DNA from: an uncultured Alphaproteobacteria bacterium | Lineage (GTDB): Bacteria > Pseudomonadota > Alphaproteobacteria > CAAHEQ01 > UBA3637 | Length of the DNA: 64,000 bases | Direction of reading: 5' to 3' | Assembly: GCA_944393195.1 (NCBI GenBank) | Contig: CALXZG010000006.1 | Location: 1,226 to 65,225, forward strand | In this document: piece after piece, positions 37,741 to 46,510 of the stretch | How positions within the stretch are numbered: position 1 is the stretch's first letter | Layout: each line of letters opens with the position of its first letter | Made by a program: the position numbers and the translations under genes | Notes under the pieces: generated by a model | Seen by the model: the letters and a program-made list of their open reading frames with translations, nothing else | Databases searched by the model: none | What the model was told of the DNA's origin: nothing

Positions 37741-38466
37741 ATGAAATATGAAGATCCCAAAATGGTAGCCGATGCGGATGCGCAGGCTGTTTCCGATTTG
37801 GTGTTAAAAACGAAAAAGCGTCAAATACGGCCCCGGACAGCGACGCAGGGGGCTTTTATTGAAGCGATGAATCGGCACGAGATGGTGTTCGGGTTGGGGC
37901 CCGCAGGGACGGGAAAGACTTTTTTGGCGGTTGCCAAAGCGGTATCCGAAATGTTGGAAGGGCGTGTGGATCGCATTATTTTAACGCGTCCGGCGGTGGA
38001 AGCCGGTGAAAATCTGGGCTTTTTGCCGGGGGATTTAAAAGACAAAATTGATCCGTATCTGCGCCCTTTATATGATGCGTTGTACGATATGTTACCGGCC
38101 GATATGGTGGATAAAAAATTAGAAACGGGTGAAATTGAAATTGCGCCGTTGGCTTATATGCGTGGGCGGACGTTATCGCATGCCGTTGTGATTTTGGATG
38201 AAGCGCAGAATACAACCGGAATGCAGATGAAAATGTTTTTGACGCGGCTTGGTGAAGGTTCACGAATGATTATCAATGGGGATTTGACGCAGACAGATTT
38301 ACCGCGCGGCGTGGTGTCGGGGTTAATTGAAGCAACGCGTATTTTAAAGAATGTACCGGAAATCGGTTTTGTGACATTTACGGAAAAAGACGTTGTACGG
38401 CACGGATTGGTTTCTAAAATCGTGAAGGCCTATGAAGCGGCCAATGCGGGAAAAGCCGATGCCTGA
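37741..38466 (+). CDS. phoH: PhoH-like ATPase (YbeZ)
   Basis: 241 aa with Walker [13 protein letters not shown] and ILDEAQN. The phoH-ybeY-corC synteny supports the call. Confidence 0.9.
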   Translation: MKYEDPKMVADADAQAVSDLVLKTKKRQIRPRTATQGAFIEAMNRHEMVFGLGPAGTGKTFLAVAKAVSEMLEGRVDRIILTRPAVEAGENLGFLPGDLKDKIDPYLRPLYDALYDMLPADMVDKKLETGEIEIAPLAYMRGRTLSHAVVILDEAQNTTGMQMKMFLTRLGEGSRMIINGDLTQTDLPRGVVSGLIEATRILKNVPEIGFVTFTEKDVVRHGLVSKIVKAYEAANAGKADA

Positions 38467-38926
38467 GATTGACATACAGGTTCGGGAAAAGCGGTTCTAC
38501 CTACGGCGACCGGATATTAAACGGTTTTGTCGGCGGGCGATTGAGGCGGCTTGGCAAGGGTATGAGCCGGCAGAGGTATCCGTTGTTTTGGCCGATGATG
38601 ATTTTGTGCATATTTTAAATCGGGATTATCGGGGAAAAGATTGTCCGACAAATGTATTGTCTTTTGAAAATGCGGAAAAGCCTCCCAAAGGGCAACCGTG
38701 GATGGCGGGTGATATCATTGTTGCTTATCAGACGGTTGTGCGGGAAGCAAAAGCGCAGGGGAAGTCTTTTTCGGCGCATTTGGCGCATTTGGTGATTCAC
38801 GGGGCTTTACATTTACAAGGGTATGATCATTTAACGGCGCGGCAAGCGAAGTCGATGGAGCGATTAGAGCGGCAATTGGTTTGCGGGTTAGGATATGCCG
38901 ATCCGTATGAAGGTGGGGATGTATGA
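38459..38926 (+). CDS. ybeY: rRNA maturation endoribonuclease YbeY
   Basis: The metal-site motif [15 protein letters not shown] is present. The start ATG overlaps the phoH stop (ATGCCTGA). The track ORF begins at 38432. Confidence 0.9.
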   Translation: MPEIDIQVREKRFYLRRPDIKRFCRRAIEAAWQGYEPAEVSVVLADDDFVHILNRDYRGKDCPTNVLSFENAEKPPKGQPWMAGDIIVAYQTVVREAKAQGKSFSAHLAHLVIHGALHLQGYDHLTARQAKSMERLERQLVCGLGYADPYEGGDV

Positions 38927-39816
38927 ATATTGTTCAAAAAGTAAAGGATATGTTTACGAAGCATCCGGAAGAAGAGCAGGTATTGGAAACCATTGAAGAA
39001 ATCATGGATGAGCGGGAAGAGCGCGGTGATGATGTTTTGGTGGATCCGGATGAGTTATTGTTATTAAAGAATTTGTTTCGGTTAAAAGATATTCGGGCGA
39101 ATCAGGTTATGATTCCGCGAATTGACATTGTGGGCATATCGGCGACGGCGCAACTATCGGAAGTCAAGGATGTGATTATTCGGGACAAGTTTACGCGATT
39201 ACCGGTATACGATAAAACTTTGGATAATATTGTCGGTGTCGTCCACGTCAAAGATTTGTTGTGCAAGTTGTTTGAAGTCGGTGGGCCGGTGACGGTTCAG
39301 GATGTCATGACACACAATGTGTTATTTGTTCCGCCGTCCATTCGGGTTTTGGATTTATTGCGTGACATGCAGGCCAAGCGGACGCAGATGGCTGTTGTGG
39401 TGGATGAATACGGCGGAACGGCCGGATTGGTGACGTTAGAGGATTTATTGGAAGAAATTGTCGGTGAAATTGAAGATGAGCATGATGCTTTGGATGCGCC
39501 GCCGGTTTTAAATCGGGTTAAGGATCATGTAATTGATGCCGATGCTCGGGTCTTGTTAAAAGACTTGGAAGACATTGCGGGGCCTTTTGTAACGGAAGAA
39601 GACCATGCGGCCGGTATTGATACGGTTGGGGGGCTTGTATTTCATTTGGCGGGACGGTTGCCGCATAAAGGGGAAGTTATCCGGCATGGCAGCGGGTTGA
39701 CTTTTCGGATTACGGATGCGGATTTGCGGTGTATTAAGTGTGTGAGAATTACGTTGCCGAAAGCAAAGCCCGAAAAAGCGGCAAAGGGTTCGGCCGGTCG
39801 GCGGGGACGGAAATAA
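38923..39816 (+). CDS. corC: CBS-pair plus CorC/HlyC transporter-associated domain protein (CorC/TlyC-like)
   Basis: 297 aa with tandem CBS motifs followed by the CorC_HlyC C-terminal domain. It occupies the conserved position after ybeY. Confidence 0.8.
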   Translation: MNIVQKVKDMFTKHPEEEQVLETIEEIMDEREERGDDVLVDPDELLLLKNLFRLKDIRANQVMIPRIDIVGISATAQLSEVKDVIIRDKFTRLPVYDKTLDNIVGVVHVKDLLCKLFEVGGPVTVQDVMTHNVLFVPPSIRVLDLLRDMQAKRTQMAVVVDEYGGTAGLVTLEDLLEEIVGEIEDEHDALDAPPVLNRVKDHVIDADARVLLKDLEDIAGPFVTEEDHAAGIDTVGGLVFHLAGRLPHKGEVIRHGSGLTFRITDADLRCIKCVRITLPKAKPEKAAKGSAGRRGRK

Positions 39817-41012
39817 TGCGTGTTATCACGTTCGGATGTCGTTTAAATACCTATGAAACAGCCGTCATGAAGCAATTGGCGGGGGATGATTTAGATGATG
39901 TCATTGTGATTCACACGTGTGCGGTGACGGGGGAGGCCGAGCGGCAATGTCGGCAGGCGGTGCGTCAGGCAGCGCGTGAAAATCCGGATAAAAAAATCGT
40001 GGTGACGGGATGTGCGGCGCAGCTTCATCCGGAAGTATTTGCGGCAATGCCGGAAGTCGATCGGGTTTTAGGCAATCATGAAAAGTTAAGTCGTGAGATG
40101 TTGATGGGGGATGAACGGATCGCGGTCGGTGATTTATCGGATCCGGTGGTGTCTTTACCGATAGTGTCGGATTTTGAGGGGCGGAGTAAGGCTTTTTTGC
40201 AAATTCAGCAGGGATGTGATCATGCGTGTACGTTTTGTATCGTGCGGTTGGCTCGGGGAAAAAATATCGGGTTGCCGCCGGACAAGGTGATTGAGCAGGC
40301 ACGGACTTTTGTGGCAAACGGATTTTCGGAAATTGTATTGACGGGGGTTGATGTGGCCTCTTATCCGCATGGGTTATGGACTTTGACCAAGCGGTTGTTG
40401 ACGGAAGTGGATGGGTTAAAGCGGTTGCGTTTCGGATCATTGGATCCGGCCGGTGTCGGGGATGCGCTATTGGATTTAATGGCGGCTTATCCGGCTTTGA
40501 TGCCGGCGGTTCATTTATCGGTTCAGGCGGGAGACAACTTAATTTTAAAGCGGATGGGGCGGCGGCATACGTTTGCGGATGTGGTATCGTTTGCGCGTCG
40601 GTTGCGGCAGGTTCGACCCGATGCGACGTTGGGGGCGGATTTAATTGCCGGCTTTCCGACAGAGACGGAGGAACAGTTTCAACGGACGTTGGATTTAATA
40701 CGGGAGGCCGAAATCACGCATGCGCATGTTTTTCCGTATTCGGTGCGTCCCGGCACGCCGGCGGCCAAAATGCCGATGGTACCGAAAGCCGAACGGGTAG
40801 CGCGGGCGCAACGGGCGCGGGACGTCGGAAAAGAAATCTTTCATGCATGGTTGGATAAAACAATCGGGCAATCGGTGTCTGTTTTAGTTGAGCAGGATGG
40901 AATGGGATATACCGATACCTATCTGCCGGTTCGAACGGGGCGGACGGATTGTGTCGGGCAGATGATAACGGTTGTAATTACGGGGAGGGACGGCGATGTC
41001 TTGGTTGGATAA
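39816..41012 (+). CDS. mtaB: tRNA methylthiotransferase, MiaB-like (MtaB)
   Basis: MRVITFGCRLNTYE, HTCAVT and the radical-SAM motif CDHACTFC, with a TRAM-like C-terminus. The ATG overlaps the corC stop by 1 nt. Confidence 0.85.
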   Translation: MRVITFGCRLNTYETAVMKQLAGDDLDDVIVIHTCAVTGEAERQCRQAVRQAARENPDKKIVVTGCAAQLHPEVFAAMPEVDRVLGNHEKLSREMLMGDERIAVGDLSDPVVSLPIVSDFEGRSKAFLQIQQGCDHACTFCIVRLARGKNIGLPPDKVIEQARTFVANGFSEIVLTGVDVASYPHGLWTLTKRLLTEVDGLKRLRFGSLDPAGVGDALLDLMAAYPALMPAVHLSVQAGDNLILKRMGRRHTFADVVSFARRLRQVRPDATLGADLIAGFPTETEEQFQRTLDLIREAEITHAHVFPYSVRPGTPAAKMPMVPKAERVARAQRARDVGKEIFHAWLDKTIGQSVSVLVEQDGMGYTDTYLPVRTGRTDCVGQMITVVITGRDGDVLVG

Positions 41013-41886
41013 ATTAAAGCGCGGGTTGTCTAAAACAGCGGCTTTATTTTCTTTTACGGCGGCGGATGAAACGGCTTTGGAAACGTTGGAAGAGGCTTTA
41101 TTGCGTTCCGATATGGGGTATAATACCGTGGCCGATGTTATGGCCGAGGTGCGGCGGCAAAAACCGGCGGATGGGGCGGCTTTACGGTCTGCCGTCAAGG
41201 CGGTATTAACGGCCAAAGTCAAACCGGTAGCCGTTCCGTTGGTTATTGATGATACGCATCGGCCGTTTGTGGTGTTAATGATTGGTGTTAACGGGGCGGG
41301 AAAAACGACGACTATCGGTAAGTTGGGACAATACTATCGGGAACAGGGAAAACAGGTTTCTTTTGTGGCGGCGGATACGTTTCGGGCGGGTGCAGTGGAG
41401 CAATTGTGTCGGTGGGGAGAGCGAACCGGATGTCAGGTCTATACGGCCGGAACAGGTGCCGATGCGGCGGGATTGGTTTTTGATGCTTTGGAAAAAAGTC
41501 GGGCCGTGGGGGATGATATTATCTTTATTGACACGGCCGGTCGGTTGCAAAATCGGACGGATTTAATGGATGAGCTGCACAAAATCACGCGCGTTATTCG
41601 CAAGCAGGATGCAACGGCACCGCATGCCGTTTTGTTGGTGTTGGACGCGACGGTTGGGCAAAACGCTTTATCCCAAGTGCAGGCTTTTCGGGAAACGGCG
41701 GGTGTCACGGGTATGATTATGACGAAGTTGGACGGAACGGCAAAGGGCGGTATTTTAGTCGCTTTGGCCGATCGGTTCGGGTTACCCGTTCATGCAATCG
41801 GCGTAGGGGAACAGGCCGATGATTTGCGGGCTTTTACGGCCGAATCTTATGTTGATTCGGTGATGGGAGGTGACGATGCGGGCTAA
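40996..41886 (+). CDS. ftsY: Signal recognition particle receptor FtsY
   Basis: 296 aa with GVNGAGKTTTIGKL, DTAGR and TKLDGTAKGG motifs. Confidence 0.93.
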   Translation: MSWLDKLKRGLSKTAALFSFTAADETALETLEEALLRSDMGYNTVADVMAEVRRQKPADGAALRSAVKAVLTAKVKPVAVPLVIDDTHRPFVVLMIGVNGAGKTTTIGKLGQYYREQGKQVSFVAADTFRAGAVEQLCRWGERTGCQVYTAGTGADAAGLVFDALEKSRAVGDDIIFIDTAGRLQNRTDLMDELHKITRVIRKQDATAPHAVLLVLDATVGQNALSQVQAFRETAGVTGMIMTKLDGTAKGGILVALADRFGLPVHAIGVGEQADDLRAFTAESYVDSVMGGDDAG

Positions 41887-44659
41887 AATCCGACAATTGA
41901 TGGTTAAGGCGGAGCGGTTACCCGGATTGTGGTGGCGGATTTTATCGCTGTTGATTTTGGGGGTAATGTGCAAGTCGATGGCTTTGGCCTTTTGGGACAT
42001 CGGTGCGGCGGCCGAGTTGATAACGACAAATCGTTTTTTTCATATCGGGATTGATTTTTTAGGGGCTGCCCTGTCATTGGCTTTGGTCGGCGGGTGGATT
42101 TGGCGATGGGAACGGCAAAAAGGATATCATGCCGTTGCCGTTACGGCCGGATGTGTGTGTATGGCGGCTTTGTTATTGGTAGGGGCGGACACCGGCTTGC
42201 TACCGATTGCGACGGATTTATTGTTTATTGCCAAGTATGTGTTTTGGGGAATTTTAACGGCTTTATTTTGGGCGGTTGCCGGCCGTTTTTTGGCGTTGCG
42301 GTTTGATTCGTTAAAGTTCGCGGCGGTTTTTTATGCCGAGTTAATCGGTTTTGCGGCGGCCGGGGGTATCACGCTAATGGCCGGATTGTCACCGAAGGGG
42401 GCTTTAATCGCGGCGTTATTTTGTTTAATGGGGTTATTGGTTGTTTTTAAAGGGCTGATGATGAGTGTGCCGATGCCGAAAGAAACGTTTGTCAAAAAAA
42501 CGGATGGCATGCGGGATGTGTTTGAACGGCCGTTGGTCATGGGAATTTTAACGTTGTCGTTTTGTGTGGCGGCAGCGCGAGCCGTGGGAGACGCCGTTTT
42601 ATATGGAGCCTTGGCCAATCAGGTTGATACGGTATCCCCGACGGTTATTTTAAGTTTGATATGGCTTTTGTTCGGGGGTATGGGGTTGGTCATGGTGACG
42701 GCGTTGTATCACACGCGGTATATTTATACAACGTTGGTCGGAATGTTGGTGTTGAGTGCTTCGGTTATCTTAATCGGTATCGCGGGATGGATGAATCGCG
42801 TTGCTTTCGTAGCCACGGCCTATTTCATTTTTATATTGAGTTCGTATTTTTACCTGAGCGGTTATTTGCAGGTTTTGCCGCGACCGTTATCGGCGGGGAT
42901 AGGACCTCGGTTGAAAAAAATGCGATATATGGCGGCCGAACCGCTGGGGTTTGTTTTGGCGGGTATTATTTTGTTGAATTGTGAAGCGGCACGGGGGCCG
43001 GCTGTATTTTTGGCCGGCTGGGGTGTTATGTTGGCCGGTTTGATTGTTTGGTCGGCGCATTTATATTCCGGAATTTTGTTTCGGTTATTTAAAATGCGGT
43101 TGTGGCACGGAGGGCCGTTGTTGTTGGCTTTTCCCCGATTGACGCGTTATTTGCATCAGATGATGAAAGCCACCGATCCGAATGATGTTATTTATGCTTT
43201 GAAAACATTGGAAACAGCCAATCATCCCAGTTATGAAAAAGCGTTACTGAAAAGCTTGCGACATCCGGCACCGGAAATACGGGTTTTTGCGTTACAAAAA
43301 ATGCGGCGGTTATATCGGTTCGGTTCTTTTGAACGAATGTTTCAATCGTTATTTCGGCGGGATCGGGCGTTGAGTGTTCGAAATCAGGCGTTGACGAATT
43401 TGATTTTATTGGCGGCCGAACAACGATCCGGTCAATTGGATGGCTATCTGACATATTTGGATAATCGATCATTGCGGTATGGGGCGATCGTCGGCTTTTT
43501 AAAAGTTGGCGGTGACGGGGCTTTGGCGGCCATGGATGTGTTGCAGCGGTTAGCCCGATCACGACAGAAAAAAGATAATCTGGCGGCTTTGCGGTTAATG
43601 GCCGAAGCGCCGAGTCCGGCTTTTGTTCGGTTAGTCAGCTCACTATTAAAAAGTCCGTCGACAGCGGTTGTGCGACAAGCTTTGTTGACGGCGGGGGCTA
43701 TGCGCAATCCGCAATTGTTAACGGCGGTGTTTAAGGCGTTGGATGATCCGTCGATTCAGGAAGCGGCTTTGACGGCATTACATATGTATGGTAAGGCGGC
43801 TTTCCCCCCGCTTGAAAAAATGTTGACAAGTGCGCAAACACCCGTTTTGCGGCGCAAGGTTTTAATTTTATTTTTAGGAGCTTTGCCGAGCGGTGAGGGC
43901 AAACAGATTTTAATGCGCGCCCTGACGATTGAAAATCAAAAGCTTAAAAAAACGATTGTTCAGAATATATTGGATTCCGGTATTGTTTGGATTCATCGGG
44001 ATGAAAAGGATTTCCTGCGCAGATGTGTTAAGCGGGACATCGAACGGGTGGGATGGTTGATGCATTTAAAGGAAGCCTATATGGAAGCGCCGACGCATGA
44101 AACGGAGGAAGCTTTCGGATTTTTACGGCGGGCGGTTCAGGAAGAAATTGATGATACGCGCGAACTTATTTTGTATCAATTATTATTATTGGAAAACGAT
44201 CCGATGTTTGTTCGGGCGGTTCGGATTTTATTGGGAACGGCGTATGATTTGTATTTGCCGGCCATGGGGATGATTCAAGATATGTTGCCCGGTCGGTTGT
44301 ATCAAAAAATAAAGCCGGTTTTGGTGTTGCCGTTGGCGCGGGAGAAGGAAAAGAATCTGGCCGTTTTATCGGCAGAACAGGCGGCCGTCGGTTTGTCGGG
44401 TATTATTTTAAATCCGCCGTTTACGGTTAATCATTGGATACGGGCGACGGCTTTGTATGCTTTGCGGCGATTGGGGGCGGTTGACGGATTAGCGGCGGCG
44501 GAAGCGGCTTTACAGGATACGCATCCTGTTGTGTTGGAGGCGGCAGTCTGGGCTTTGGTTCGCCTGCAATCAGATAAAGAGGCGTTGCATCGGGCATTAT
44601 TAGCGGTTCCGACCAGTCGTTTGGCGCGGATATCGTTGGATGAAATTTTGGAAAGTTAG
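41876..44659 (+). CDS. Polytopic (about 11-12 TM) MFS/TLC-like transporter domain fused to a C-terminal HEAT/armadillo-like repeat domain
   Basis: The first ~430 residues are almost entirely hydrophobic helices. Residues ~450-925 are alpha-helical repeats with recurring motifs (ALKTLE..., VRQALLTAGAMRNP, HPVVLEAAVWALVRL). The start was chosen at the ATG after GGGAGG; the track start is GTG 41870. Confidence 0.6.
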   Translation: MRAKIRQLMVKAERLPGLWWRILSLLILGVMCKSMALAFWDIGAAAELITTNRFFHIGIDFLGAALSLALVGGWIWRWERQKGYHAVAVTAGCVCMAALLLVGADTGLLPIATDLLFIAKYVFWGILTALFWAVAGRFLALRFDSLKFAAVFYAELIGFAAAGGITLMAGLSPKGALIAALFCLMGLLVVFKGLMMSVPMPKETFVKKTDGMRDVFERPLVMGILTLSFCVAAARAVGDAVLYGALANQVDTVSPTVILSLIWLLFGGMGLVMVTALYHTRYIYTTLVGMLVLSASVILIGIAGWMNRVAFVATAYFIFILSSYFYLSGYLQVLPRPLSAGIGPRLKKMRYMAAEPLGFVLAGIILLNCEAARGPAVFLAGWGVMLAGLIVWSAHLYSGILFRLFKMRLWHGGPLLLAFPRLTRYLHQMMKATDPNDVIYALKTLETANHPSYEKALLKSLRHPAPEIRVFALQKMRRLYRFGSFERMFQSLFRRDRALSVRNQALTNLILLAAEQRSGQLDGYLTYLDNRSLRYGAIVGFLKVGGDGALAAMDVLQRLARSRQKKDNLAALRLMAEAPSPAFVRLVSSLLKSPSTAVVRQALLTAGAMRNPQLLTAVFKALDDPSIQEAALTALHMYGKAAFPPLEKMLTSAQTPVLRRKVLILFLGALPSGEGKQILMRALTIENQKLKKTIVQNILDSGIVWIHRDEKDFLRRCVKRDIERVGWLMHLKEAYMEAPTHETEEAFGFLRRAVQEEIDDTRELILYQLLLLENDPMFVRAVRILLGTAYDLYLPAMGMIQDMLPGRLYQKIKPVLVLPLAREKEKNLAVLSAEQAAVGLSGIILNPPFTVNHWIRATALYALRRLGAVDGLAAAEAALQDTHPVVLEAAVWALVRLQSDKEALHRALLAVPTSRLARISLDEILES

Positions 44660-44665
44660 GAGGGT

Positions 44666-45091
44666 ATGATGGCAATCACGTTTGAAAAGGTGTTGGTTTT
44701 AAAAAATATTCCTTTTTTTGCGGAAGCGTCCGAGTTGGCTTTGTCGGATTTAATCGCCGTGTGTGAAGAGCATACGGTCAAAGCGGGGGAAACAATTATC
44801 GCACCGGGGGAGGAAAATCGATTTTTATTTATGATTTTGTCGGGACAGGTTCACATGTCGGACGGGGATGATTTAGTCGCCGAATTGGGCGCGCGGCAGG
44901 TGTTTGGTGAAACGACGGTGATGAGTCCGGCGATTATTCCGTATCGGGTGTCGGCTCAGACGCAAACGACTTTTTTGCGGGTGTCGGGGGATCAATTGTA
45001 TCGTATGATGGCGTTACATCCGACGTTGGCGAAGGGATTTATCGGGGAGTTGTCCCAACGGTTGCGGCGGGAGCAGGCTAAAAATAATTAA
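44666..45091 (+). CDS. Stand-alone cyclic-nucleotide-binding domain protein
   Basis: 141 aa with LKNIPFF...L at the N-terminus and FGE-x(n)-R-x-A-like phosphate-binding-cassette remnants (QVFGETTV...YRVSAQT). It lies 7 nt after the transporter-HEAT gene. Confidence 0.65.
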   Translation: MMAITFEKVLVLKNIPFFAEASELALSDLIAVCEEHTVKAGETIIAPGEENRFLFMILSGQVHMSDGDDLVAELGARQVFGETTVMSPAIIPYRVSAQTQTTFLRVSGDQLYRMMALHPTLAKGFIGELSQRLRREQAKNN

Positions 45092-45159
45092 AAAAGGTTT
45101 GCTTTTCGAATGAAATGTCTTTATAGTAAGAACAGGTTTGTATAAGAGAGGAGAAAAAA

Positions 45160-46164
45160 ATGGTTCAAAAAACACAAAAGAAAAAAACGGTTAAGGCAAA
45201 AAAAGCTTCCGTAATTGAAAAGTCCAAAGCGTTGGAAGTGGCGGCGCCGAAAGTAGTGCCGGCTGTTATTCCGACGGCCGATAAACCGGCGCAACAATCG
45301 CGCGGCAGAAAAATATTGACGGGTATTTTATTTGTTGTGACATTGGTTGTGTGGTTCCTTGTCGGGCAAAATGCGTTCTATTTAGTGACGGAAAATTTGT
45401 GGTTAGCGCATCGTGGCGGACGTTCTTTGCCGGCCAATAATGAGGTCGTAGCCACAATTGGCGGTGAGCCTATTTTAATGAAGGATGTTCGTTCTTTTGC
45501 GGCCGGTATTCCGCAATTGGCCGAGGTACCGTTTGAGGTTATTTATCCGCAATTATTGGAACGGATGATTAATTCCCGGGTGTTATTAAAGGCTGCCGAT
45601 CAAGCCGGGGCCGAAGGGTGGCCGGATGTTCAAAAAGCCTTAAAATTATCACGGGATCAGATTGTGTCACAGGCTTATTTGATGAAGCAATTGGAAAAAT
45701 CGGTAACGCCGGAACAAATGCAGGCTTTGTATGATCAGGAAGCTCAAAACTTTAAGCCGGTTGATGAAGTGCATGCCAGCCATATTTTAGTCAAGACCGA
45801 AGAAGAGGCCAAAGATATTTTGGTTCAATTACGGGCCGGTGCGGATTTTGGGGCCTTGGCGGATACCAAGTCTTTGGATCGAAACAATGTCGGCGGTGAT
45901 TTGGGATATTTCACCGAAGATATGGTGGTTCCCGAATTTGGCAAGGCTGCGTTTTCTTTGAAAAAAGGACAGCTTTCCGAACCGGTTAAGACCGATTTCG
46001 GATGGCATGTGATTTTGTTACAGGATCGGCGGCCGATTACGTTGCCGGCGTTTGATGAGGTCAAAGATCAAATCAAGCAGATTTTAATGGAACAAAACAC
46101 CCGTCGGGTTATGGCCGAAGAGTGGAAAAAGATGGATGTTCAAATTAAGAAAAAAAGAAAATAA
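45160..46164 (+). CDS. Peptidyl-prolyl cis-trans isomerase, parvulin type, membrane-anchored (PpiD/SurA-like)
   Basis: 334 aa with an N-terminal TM anchor and the parvulin domain HASHILV...GGDLGYF...FGWHVILLQDRR. Confidence 0.85.
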   Translation: MVQKTQKKKTVKAKKASVIEKSKALEVAAPKVVPAVIPTADKPAQQSRGRKILTGILFVVTLVVWFLVGQNAFYLVTENLWLAHRGGRSLPANNEVVATIGGEPILMKDVRSFAAGIPQLAEVPFEVIYPQLLERMINSRVLLKAADQAGAEGWPDVQKALKLSRDQIVSQAYLMKQLEKSVTPEQMQALYDQEAQNFKPVDEVHASHILVKTEEEAKDILVQLRAGADFGALADTKSLDRNNVGGDLGYFTEDMVVPEFGKAAFSLKKGQLSEPVKTDFGWHVILLQDRRPITLPAFDEVKDQIKQILMEQNTRRVMAEEWKKMDVQIKKKRK

Positions 46165-46183
46165 TGAACATTAAAAAACAAAA

Positions 46184-46209
46184 AGCCCTTGGTAAACAAG
46201 GGCTTTTTT
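46184..46209 (+). terminator. Intrinsic terminator after the parvulin gene
   Basis: An AGCCCTT-ggtaaac-AAGGGCT hairpin is followed by TTTTTT. Confidence 0.8.
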
Positions 46210-46251
46210 GTTATCCCGACGGGTTGAAATGCATTGTAAAACATATATATG

Positions 46252-46273
46252 TGTTACATATTAAAATGTAACA
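46252..46273. promoter_or_regulatory. TGTTACA-N8-TGTAACA inverted repeat upstream of P3
   Basis: tgttacatattaaaatgtaaca uses the same heptamer half-sites as the P2 upstream palindromes. Confidence 0.45.
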
Positions 46274-46317
46274 GTCGTTTTAGGAAGTGATTATTTTTCA
46301 ATTGGTTATTTGACGAG

Positions 46318-46349
46318 TGTAACAATTTAATGTTCATTAAAATGTTATA
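46318..46349. promoter_or_regulatory. Degenerate homolog of the 32-bp palindrome (putative operator) upstream of P3
   Basis: tgtaacaatttaatgttcattaaaatgttata aligns with 29624-29655. Both are followed by the identical 13-mer ttttataacataa. Confidence 0.55.
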
Positions 46350-46460
46350 GATTTTTATAACATAAAACTATAATCGAATACAAGCTCTTTTTTTAATATT
46401 TTGCATTTTTTTGAAATGGTTATGTAAGGCCGTCGAAAGAGGGAATTTGGGTATAAAAAG

Positions 46461-46492
46461 TATAACAAAAAAAGGAACATTTTTTTGTTATA
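46461..46492. promoter_or_regulatory. Inverted repeat just 5' of the P3 RBS
   Basis: TATAACAAAAAAA-ggaaca-TTTTTTTGTTATA has perfect 13-nt arms. It ends 7 nt before AAGGAG and is the positional homolog of 29742-29773. Confidence 0.55.
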
Positions 46493-46510
46493 GTTGAAAA
46501 GGAGCGATAA

